Source: an uncultured virus (IMG/VR IMGVR_UViG_2061766007_000494) (Duplodnaviria; Heunggongvirae; Uroviricota; Caudoviricetes). From it: a stretch of 27,769 nt of DNA. This document shows, piece by piece, positions 1-6,994 of the stretch. How positions within the stretch are numbered: the first letter of the stretch is position 1; every line of letters starts with the position of its first letter. The stretch lies in IMG/VR virus record IMGVR_UViG_2061766007_000494; one strand, 5' to 3'. A program made the translations under genes and the position numbers. The notes below the pieces were generated by a model. It was not told where the DNA came from. It did not search any database and saw only the letters and a program-made list of their open reading frames with translations.

Positions 1-575
1 TGTTTGACAAGGACGCGGAGGAAACATGGGGCGATAACCCGCAGACGATAGGCGAAGGAAATCCTCCTGAAGAAATCGGGGGGAGAAAGGCTGTCGGCGT
101 TCTGGTAGTCAAGGATGGCAAGTATCTTGTCGGAACCAGAATCAGCAATACCGGCTACGGGCAAATCTGCGGCCCCGGTGGACACGTGGAACCGGGCGAG
201 AATCCTGCCTACGCCGCGATGCGCGAGACGGACGAAGAATTCGGTATCATCCCAAACGACCTGTACTTTATCGACTGTAAAGAACCTGATTCGGAAACCG
301 GGTTGGAAAGCTACATGTTCCTCTGTACGGACTTCGAGGGCGAGCCGAAATGCGATGACGAAGAAATGACCGGTGCGCATTGGCTGTCCGACAAAGAAGT
401 TGCCCTGCTGGAAGACAACGCATTCCCCGCATTCCTGAACGGGATAGAAAGAGTTAAGAAATCTCTTGAACACCCGGAGGAAGAACCTGACGAAGAATAC
501 CCCAACGTAAGAGACAAAGACGAAGGGAAACCGATGGTTTCAGCCTTCCGAGGCGGAATCGAAACCAGAATATAA
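1..575 (+). CDS. 5'-truncated ORF ending in a Nudix hydrolase domain (probably the C-terminus of the portal protein)
   Basis: The frame of ORF 186..575 is open back to nt 3: FDKDAEETWGD...RKAVGVLVVKDGKYLVGTR...CGPGGHVEPGENPAYAAMRETDEEFGI. It has a complete Nudix box GX5EX7REUXEEXGU at 180-248. Portal identity is inferred only from its position before MuF. Confidence 0.85.
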   Translation, partial: FDKDAEETWGDNPQTIGEGNPPEEIGGRKAVGVLVVKDGKYLVGTRISNTGYGQICGPGGHVEPGENPAYAAMRETDEEFGIIPNDLYFIDCKEPDSETGLESYMFLCTDFEGEPKCDDEEMTGAHWLSDKEVALLEDNAFPAFLNGIERVKKSLEHPEEEPDEEYPNVRDKDEGKPMVSAFRGGIETRI

Positions 576-584
576 AGAAAACTC

Positions 585-613
585 TTGACAATATCACAAA
601 TTTACGGTATGAT
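585..613 (+). promoter_or_regulatory. sigma-70/sigma-A promoter P1
   Basis: TTGACA (585-590), 17-bp spacer, TATGAT (608-613). RBS AAGGAG at 620-625 precedes ATG 635. Confidence 0.8.
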
Positions 614-634
614 ATCGTAAAGGAGTGATAAAGC

Positions 635-829
635 ATGAAGGTCAAGAGTGTTGAAGAACTGAAGTTCATGAGCGAGGAGCTGCAAAGGGCTTACGTTGCG
701 AAGTGTGCGGACTACTGGGAAAAGAACTTCATGGGAAAAGACTGGGAGAAGATGAACCCGGAGGAACAGGAAGAAGACGATAAGTTGAGGGACATATTCC
801 GGTACGCGAGAATAAACCTTGATGATTGA
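635..829 (+). CDS. small helical protein, 64 aa; paralog of 4654..4851; candidate orphan immunity protein
   Basis: Own promoter and RBS. Aligns by eye with ORF 4654 (MK..S...L..M.......YV.K ... EQ...D....D.FR..RIN.D). Confidence 0.75.
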   Translation: MKVKSVEELKFMSEELQRAYVAKCADYWEKNFMGKDWEKMNPEEQEEDDKLRDIFRYARINLDD

Positions 830-1656
830 ATAGCGGGGAGGGAAACCTTCCCGCTTTCTTTGTGGATATGGACGAGATTGCCAAGAAATTCAAAGGGCGG
901 AAAGTGCTTCCGAGCAGAACCGTACCGATATATCCGAAAAGCGCCGAACGAGAGATACAAAGACTCGTTGGCGCTTATTTTATTGAGCTTTCAAAAGTTG
1001 TTCGTGACGGCGGAAGCTATAAGCGCATTGAACGGATGGCGACCGGGAAGTCTGTGTCGGGCAGGATTGACAAGATATCCCGTCAGGTACAATACCACGC
1101 AATCAGAGAGTGGAAGCGATGCCTGCAAGATACCTTGGGTGCGGATGTCCCCGCAGACTACTACACTAATCTGTTCAAGGATACAGCCGAAGAGTGGAAG
1201 AAGTCCGTAGCGGAGCAGCTTTCCGGTTTTCCAGAGGCGGCGAAGCAGTACAAGAAGGAAATACTTCGAGAGTGCCGCAAGAAGGGCATGACAAAGCAGG
1301 AAACCAGACGGGAACTGAGCATGAAACTTGCGTCACAAAAGCGGCAGGCGAAAGCAAGGGCTGTGGCTTCTGTTGCGAATCTGTTTGGCGATTTGAGCAG
1401 GCTTCAGCAGAAGGACGCGGGATGCAAAAGGTACAAATGGAGAACTCAAAGGGACAGCCGCGTGAGGTCATGCCACAGGGCGCTGGAAGGAAAGATTTTT
1501 TCTTGGGACAATCCGCCTATGATGTGGAGAGAAACTGCACACGGAATCGTTTACACGGGCGAGAGATGCAATCCCGGTGAAGACTGGGGATGCAGATGCA
1601 TCGCAATTCCTGTGTTTGATATAAGTAGCCTGACATTACCTGATATGGGGGAATAA
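826..1656 (+). CDS. MuF / SPP1 gp7-like minor head protein (short form, no toxin extension)
   Basis: C-terminal YKWRTQRDSRVRSCHRALEGKIFSWDNPP...PGEDWGCRCIAIP is the MuF signature. The ORF ends soon after CRC. Start uncertain (TTG 826 or ATG 868). Confidence 0.9.
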   Translation: MNSGEGNLPAFFVDMDEIAKKFKGRKVLPSRTVPIYPKSAEREIQRLVGAYFIELSKVVRDGGSYKRIERMATGKSVSGRIDKISRQVQYHAIREWKRCLQDTLGADVPADYYTNLFKDTAEEWKKSVAEQLSGFPEAAKQYKKEILRECRKKGMTKQETRRELSMKLASQKRQAKARAVASVANLFGDLSRLQQKDAGCKRYKWRTQRDSRVRSCHRALEGKIFSWDNPPMMWRETAHGIVYTGERCNPGEDWGCRCIAIPVFDISSLTLPDMGE

Positions 1657-1658
1657 TA

Positions 1659-2444
1659 ATGGACAACAAAGAAGCAATCGCCGCTTGGAGAGCACGGAGG
1701 GAAAAACGCCTATCGGCACGTGGTATGTCCCATAAGGACGAAGACCAATGGGTGACTATAAAGGGTACGCATGTTCTTGTTGGGGAAAACGGGAAAATCA
1801 AGAACAACTTCATCGACGGGAAAGCAGAAGCTCGTTTAGGCGGAAAGAATATGCGTGAAGTAGACAAGGGAATCCAAAAGAAAAGCGAGCCTGAAGGTGC
1901 CGAACAGAGTGTCGGAAAGAAAAACAACAGGCACAATGAAGTATACGGGCCAGTTACCCTAAGCGATGAAATAAAAGACATGGCTGTAGATTTCAAGGAT
2001 AACCTTGTGTCCCTTACTGGAGATAACGGAGAGAGCGCGAATAAGCATATTGGGGAAATCAATAAGACCATTAACAATATGCTGCAGTCACTCAAAAAGT
2101 CTAAAGAATACAAGGGAAGTAATGGGAGACTGGCAAAGACTGATTGGGCAGAACCGTTTGCCGAGGAAATCAGCACACATCTTCCGGCTCGTTCAACCAT
2201 GAAAATCGGGAATACAGAGTATGAGCTTTTGGAAAAGAAGCCTATGGGTGGAGGCGGATATTCTTCCCCGGTTTGGTATGGGAATGACGGAAGCGCAATG
2301 GATACCGCTACATTTGCCTGGAGGCTGTACGACCACATGAAAAATGGCGGTGAGTCCATTGAAATTACCAAAATAGGTAATGGGAAAGCTCCGAAACGAG
2401 CGTATGTGAAGAAAATGACTCTTGAAGAGTACATGGACTCGTGA
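1659..2444 (+). CDS. hypothetical head-associated protein with shared N-terminal leader (cargo 1)
   Basis: MDNKEAIAAWRARREKRL leader resembles ORF 5225. WVTIKGTHVLVGENG.I.NNF resembles ORF 2455. Starts 2 nt after the MuF stop. Confidence 0.8.
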   Translation: MDNKEAIAAWRARREKRLSARGMSHKDEDQWVTIKGTHVLVGENGKIKNNFIDGKAEARLGGKNMREVDKGIQKKSEPEGAEQSVGKKNNRHNEVYGPVTLSDEIKDMAVDFKDNLVSLTGDNGESANKHIGEINKTINNMLQSLKKSKEYKGSNGRLAKTDWAEPFAEEISTHLPARSTMKIGNTEYELLEKKPMGGGGYSSPVWYGNDGSAMDTATFAWRLYDHMKNGGESIEITKIGNGKAPKRAYVKKMTLEEYMDS

Positions 2445-2454
2445 GGTGCAAAAT

Positions 2455-4641
2455 ATGGATTCGATAAAGAAACCACAAAAGAGACAAATAAAACGTCTTG
2501 ACGAATACAAAAACAGCGAAAACTGGGTGACGATAAATGGCGTTCATGTGCTTCTGGATAAGCATGGGAACGTCATTAACAATTTCAAGGACTCAGACCA
2601 CAAGCTTAAGAATCTTCGATTCGTGGACGCTGTAAGTTCCCACACAGAGGGAGGGAAGAAGGTCATTGATGCTCCTATCAATCGAAAGACACACGAAGCG
2701 AAGTTCAACGACACCATGAAGAAGATTGCGAGTGCTCTTGGCGGAGGAGCTATCAAGAAGGACGATGCTCAGAAGCGGATGGCGAATGCATTTGCCAATC
2801 TGGAGCAGGGCGCAATCATCAATGCAGGTGACACCAAAGCCTTGAAACTGGGTAAGGGTCTTTTCAAGCTGAAGGGAATGAAAGGGAACTTTACCGCAAA
2901 GCAGCTCGCGGAGAAAGTCATGGGCGGCGTGAAGGTCAATGACTTTACGGGTGATGTTGATGGGATGCCTACCGTGAAGGAAGGAACAAACACCAATATT
3001 ATCCAGAAGGGAAGCAAGCGTATCTCCCATGTGGCGACGAACGCTCTGGAAGACCTGTACAACAAGTACAAGTCAAACAAGTACAGTCGTGAAGGGCTTC
3101 AGAAGCTTGCTAAGGGATACCTTGAAAGCCTGCCGAAAGGCTCTGAGCTTAATGTCGGGGGGAACACCTTCAAGAAGAACGACAAAGTGTGGAGCATCGA
3201 AGCGGATGGTGAGGAACACACGATTGCCGGGAATATGGTGGCAAATATCCTTCTGAACAGCATGAGCACGGGCTATGCGGGAGGAACGCTGAATGCGAAG
3301 ATTCCCGAAGCGAGTGCTGCGACTGAAAAGAAGGTCGAAAAGTCCGCTGAGAAAATCGCGGAGAAGAAGCCTGTCAAGACTCCCAAGGAAAGTGAACCGG
3401 CTGACTATCCGACTGACAAAGAGATAAAGAAAATGGCTGAAGAGTTCGAGAAGGAAACCCCGGCTCCCGCTCCAAAGCTTATGTCCGATTCTTTGAAGGA
3501 AATCGTTTCCGGCAGCGGTACACCCGCTGAGAAGAAGGATGCAATTACCAAGTTCCTTACAGAGCTTCCCGATGGAACGGCGATTTCGTATGAAGCGACG
3601 AGTAAGACCACCGGTGAGTTGTATGTGGTCAAGGGAATCAAGGAAGGGGATAAAATCAAGTTTACGACGAAGGAAGCTCCGCTGCATGGCGTAGCGAAGT
3701 CCTTCCTGAAGAAGCTTGAAGAGGGCCTGCACGTTGGCGGCTCCGACGAAGAAGCGTTCGCGTGGGCAAAGTCCAAAGCTCCCACTACCGAAGTTGCGAA
3801 GCCTGAAGAAAAGGCTGAGGAAAAGCCTGCCGAGAAGCCTGCCGCCGAAGAAAAACCCGCTGAACCCGCAAAGCCTTCCAAAATCTTCGCAACCGATAAG
3901 ATGAACAAGCTTGCTACTATTCCGGTTGACAAGAGCAAGTATACACCTGAGAAAAAAGACACGGCGATGAAGGAGTGGACATCACCGAGCCATTGGGATA
4001 ATGTCCAGAAGAAGTATAAGACGAAATCTATGGAGTGGTTCAAGGGACTTCCTGAAAAGGTTCGTGGTTGGTTCGAACACTACACAGGTGGCGGATATAT
4101 GGCTATCAACAATGCACTCCGTAATGCTGGTTCTGATGGGCTGGATGACTACATGACCAACAAGGTAAATGCTATGACCGAAGAGCTTGCTAAAAACAAG
4201 CTGACCGAGCCGACGATTCTGCGGCGCGGTGTTGGTTATGAAACTATGGCAAGTATGTTCGGCATGAGCTACGATGAAGTTGAAAAGCTCGCTATGAACC
4301 CGGAGAAATTCAAGGATACGTTCCTCGATAGCGTTGGCGTAGACAACGGATTTGGTTCTTGCGGCACCGCGCCTGGAACCGGATTTATGAAGCAATTCGA
4401 CTTTGAAATCTACTGCCCCGAAGGAACTGAGGCTGTGTTCGCAAATCCGTGGTCAACGCACAAGTCCTACACAAAGGGCAGCGGTGAGTTTGAGACCATC
4501 GTTCAGCGCGGCTCCGCATACAAGATTACCGGGATTGAGCCGAAGCCTTACGGAAGGTTCAAAATCAAGTGCGAGATTATCGCGCAGCGGCAGTTCGTCG
4601 ATAACTTCGGTGATGCAATTACCGGAAAGCTTGCCGCGTAA
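2455..4641 (+). CDS. large protein with C-terminal VIP2/ExoS-like (R-S-E clade) ADP-ribosyltransferase domain (cargo 2)
   Basis: YTGGGYMAINNALR (about 4081), ILRRG (about 4216-4230), GFGSCG (4348-4365, STS-equivalent) and EFE (4486-4494) followed by IVQRGSAYKI. The better start is ATG 2455 behind GAGGTG, not 2422. Confidence 0.85.
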   Translation: MDSIKKPQKRQIKRLDEYKNSENWVTINGVHVLLDKHGNVINNFKDSDHKLKNLRFVDAVSSHTEGGKKVIDAPINRKTHEAKFNDTMKKIASALGGGAIKKDDAQKRMANAFANLEQGAIINAGDTKALKLGKGLFKLKGMKGNFTAKQLAEKVMGGVKVNDFTGDVDGMPTVKEGTNTNIIQKGSKRISHVATNALEDLYNKYKSNKYSREGLQKLAKGYLESLPKGSELNVGGNTFKKNDKVWSIEADGEEHTIAGNMVANILLNSMSTGYAGGTLNAKIPEASAATEKKVEKSAEKIAEKKPVKTPKESEPADYPTDKEIKKMAEEFEKETPAPAPKLMSDSLKEIVSGSGTPAEKKDAITKFLTELPDGTAISYEATSKTTGELYVVKGIKEGDKIKFTTKEAPLHGVAKSFLKKLEEGLHVGGSDEEAFAWAKSKAPTTEVAKPEEKAEEKPAEKPAAEEKPAEPAKPSKIFATDKMNKLATIPVDKSKYTPEKKDTAMKEWTSPSHWDNVQKKYKTKSMEWFKGLPEKVRGWFEHYTGGGYMAINNALRNAGSDGLDDYMTNKVNAMTEELAKNKLTEPTILRRGVGYETMASMFGMSYDEVEKLAMNPEKFKDTFLDSVGVDNGFGSCGTAPGTGFMKQFDFEIYCPEGTEAVFANPWSTHKSYTKGSGEFETIVQRGSAYKITGIEPKPYGRFKIKCEIIAQRQFVDNFGDAITGKLAA

Positions 4642-4653
4642 AGGAGAAGGAAC

Positions 4654-4851
4654 ATGAAGATTCTGAGCAGAAAACACCTCGTCGAAATGAGAAGCAAGGA
4701 AATCTCCGATTATGTGGAGAAGCTTGACAGGCAGCTCGAAAAGAAGGGCTGGTACGAAAAGTCCAAGAAAGGCGAACTGACCGAGGACGAGCAGAAGCTT
4801 TTCGACCGCATCATGGATGACTTCCGCTGGCTTCGCATTAACGCTGACTAA
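4654..4851 (+). CDS. small helical protein, 65 aa; candidate cognate immunity/partner of the ART
   Basis: RBS AAGGAG directly after the ART stop. Paralog of 635..829. Confidence 0.75.
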   Translation: MKILSRKHLVEMRSKEISDYVEKLDRQLEKKGWYEKSKKGELTEDEQKLFDRIMDDFRWLRINAD

Positions 4852-4883
4852 CAAGCAAATCTTTGAGAAAATCAAGAAAACGC

Positions 4884-4911
4884 TTGACAAAAGGCGCGGA
4901 TGTGATATAAT
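4884..4911 (+). promoter_or_regulatory. sigma-70/sigma-A promoter P2 with extended -10
   Basis: TTGACA (4884-4889), 16-bp spacer ending TGTGA, TATAAT (4906-4911). RBS GGGAGGGTGA precedes ATG 4933. Confidence 0.85.
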
Positions 4912-4932
4912 GGCGGCTGGGAGGGTGATGAT

Positions 4933-5163
4933 ATGCACGATGTAACTCCGAAGTTCGTTCATGAATACGGCTACGATGATGCGGAAGGAAACTTCCGCAT
5001 GAAGGATGAAGCCCCAGTCGAACTGAAAAAGAAGTTCGAGATATGGTACAACAAGAACTTCGCTTTCGAGGACGAAGGGAAGGAAGACCCGTGGTATACA
5101 TGGGATGCCAAGGTGATTGAGAAGAAGGACAGGTCAAAAAGACCTGAGTTCGCCAAAAAGTGA
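4933..5163 (+). CDS. small acidic/aromatic protein, 76 aa; moron-like, candidate immunity protein
   Basis: Bracketed by promoter P2 and an intrinsic terminator. Contains the motif FRMKDEAPVELKKKFEIWY. Confidence 0.75.
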   Translation: MHDVTPKFVHEYGYDDAEGNFRMKDEAPVELKKKFEIWYNKNFAFEDEGKEDPWYTWDAKVIEKKDRSKRPEFAKK

Positions 5164-5172
5164 AGAAACCGC

Positions 5173-5205
5173 AAAAGCCGCTTGGGTTGTCCCAGGCGGC
5201 TTTTT
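5173..5205 (+). terminator. intrinsic (possibly bidirectional) terminator
   Basis: AAAAGCCGCTTGGG-TTGT-CCCAGGCGGCTTTTT: 14-bp stem with one G:U pair, A tract before and T tract after. Confidence 0.85.
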
Positions 5206-5224
5206 CTGTGGGTGGTGAAAGTAC

Positions 5225-6757
5225 ATGACCGACAACAAAAACGCGATTGAGGCGTGGCACAGGCGGCGAGAGAAGCGTTTAGCAGAGAGAACCCGGATGG
5301 ACTTCGAGGTTGGCGATTATGGCCCCGACGAAGCAGGAGATAAAGGCACCTCACATGGCAACACACGCTTGCCCTATGGGCTTTGCAAATCAGCCGGTAT
5401 AGATACTACTGGTATGTCGCCTAGCGAAGCATGGGAAGCTCTGGAAGGTAAGACGGGAGTTTCCGCAAAGGAAGCGTATAAAGACATCAAAAAGTATGGA
5501 ACCGCAAAGGCTGTGGACATTCCGAAGAAGAGTGAAAACGGCAATTTGCCAGGAACCGAAGAACTGAGCAACCGGGGGCCGATTCCTGAACCGTTCGAAA
5601 AGGGGAAGCCTGAGAAAAGCAAAGCTGTCCAAGATGCGCTGAAACGAATCGGAAGCGTAAAGTCCGTAAAGACCGAGGAACAGATTCAGGAGCAGCTAGA
5701 CAAGCTGAAGTCCGAGTACGGCGAAAAGGGTGTTGTCGGTTTTGTGACCGCAGGCGGGAGAGAGCATCACTTTGACCTTTCGCATCCCATGATTGCATCG
5801 AACATTGCATACTTCAAGAAAGACGGGCCACTCTTCATGTTCGCCGGTAAGGATGAATCCGATGCTAAAAGCGAAGTCAAACAGATAGTTGACGGTTGGA
5901 AAAAATCCGGTGACATAGACAACATTCTCCGCGCCTACGATTACGATTTGGTTGAGCTTAGGAAGCAGAAGGGACGAGGGGATATCACCGTCGAGGAATA
6001 CGAATCCTTGTCCGGCGAAAAGAAAAAAGAACGAAGTAAAAGAGTCCTGAAATCGCTTCCGACATACGATGATTGCAAGACCACCCGGCAGGTTGCAGCC
6101 AGAATGGACGCACAGGGAAATTTCAAAGCCGCAGCGTACTTCAGCTCGAATGCGGCGGTTGAAAACGCGAGGGAAGCCGCTGTTTCTGCTGAGAAAATGT
6201 TCAATATATTCCCAACGATGAAGGGACGGGTTGAAAGTATCAACGCTTCTGTCCCGAAAAGCAAGTCTTATGCGTGGGTTGAGAATAAAACCGATTCTGG
6301 GATATACCTTAGCAAAACATATATGGCAGACCGGAAAAAATTGGAAGAACTGTACGATACCGATGTGAAATACGGTTTCCATCCGCCCGGAACAGACTCA
6401 AAGGCCATCGTGTATCACGAGTTCACGCACGTTATTGACTTGAACCTGTCTTCCTATGCAAACAAGCATGGTGGAATTCCGGGACATCCAGGGGCGAAGG
6501 TTTCCACTGCAATTGCAAGAGATATGGCATTGGCTCGCGGAATAACGCTTACCGAATTGAAGAAACGGGTTAGCAAATATGCGTTGAAAAAGTATAAAGA
6601 AACCGGAAACAATGAGCTGGAGTTTCTTGCTGAATGCATGGCAGAATACTTGGGAAGTCCGCACCCGCGAGAAATAGCTGTGGATTGTGCGAACAGACTT
6701 TTCAAGTACATGAGACAGTTTTGGGGAGATAAAGCTGTAAACGAAAGCGCAATCTGA
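5225..6757 (+). CDS. protein with shared leader and C-terminal zincin-type metallopeptidase domain (cargo 3)
   Basis: HEFTH (6416-6430), then SKYA and EFLAE (6620-6634) supplying the probable third zinc ligand, a spacing like lethal-factor/Pro-Pro endopeptidase-type zincins. N-terminus MTDNKNAIEAWHRRREKRL. Confidence 0.8.
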   Translation: MTDNKNAIEAWHRRREKRLAERTRMDFEVGDYGPDEAGDKGTSHGNTRLPYGLCKSAGIDTTGMSPSEAWEALEGKTGVSAKEAYKDIKKYGTAKAVDIPKKSENGNLPGTEELSNRGPIPEPFEKGKPEKSKAVQDALKRIGSVKSVKTEEQIQEQLDKLKSEYGEKGVVGFVTAGGREHHFDLSHPMIASNIAYFKKDGPLFMFAGKDESDAKSEVKQIVDGWKKSGDIDNILRAYDYDLVELRKQKGRGDITVEEYESLSGEKKKERSKRVLKSLPTYDDCKTTRQVAARMDAQGNFKAAAYFSSNAAVENAREAAVSAEKMFNIFPTMKGRVESINASVPKSKSYAWVENKTDSGIYLSKTYMADRKKLEELYDTDVKYGFHPPGTDSKAIVYHEFTHVIDLNLSSYANKHGGIPGHPGAKVSTAIARDMALARGITLTELKKRVSKYALKKYKETGNNELEFLAECMAEYLGSPHPREIAVDCANRLFKYMRQFWGDKAVNESAI

Positions 6758-6780
6758 CCGGGGAATACCCGGTCATTTCT
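6755..6780 (+). terminator. hairpin, possible weak intrinsic terminator
   Basis: TGACCGGG-GAATA-CCCGGTCA (8-bp perfect stem beginning at the stop codon) followed by TTTCT. Confidence 0.5.
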
Positions 6781-6808
6781 ATAGCTCTCCAAGGGGGAGG
6801 GGGATGGT

Positions 6809-6982
6809 TTGAAGGAGTATGAAAGAATCCCTGTGTATGTAGACATACAGAACGGCGAAACAAAATGCATCTGCAAGCACGAAAAAAAGTTGTGCGACAA
6901 GGATTGCGAAAAAGACGTGGTAACGCGGGACAAGTTTGAAGGCTGGTATTCCACGTTCCACCGAGACGAGTATGGAAGATAG
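6809..6982 (+). CDS. small Cys-rich protein, 57 aa (absent from the supplied ORF track)
   Basis: TTG start behind GGAGG (6796-6800). Translation: MKEYERIPVYVDIQNGETKCICKHEKKLCDKDCEKDVVTRDKFEGWYSTFHRDEYGR. The stop abuts the RBS of the next gene. Confidence 0.7.
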   Translation: MKEYERIPVYVDIQNGETKCICKHEKKLCDKDCEKDVVTRDKFEGWYSTFHRDEYGR

Positions 6983-6994
6983 GAGGGGTGAATA

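Noticed and set aside
826..1656. MuF-fused polymorphic toxin
   Set aside because: MuF stops about 17 codons after its CRC motif. The toxin-like domains are in separate ORFs with their own starts.
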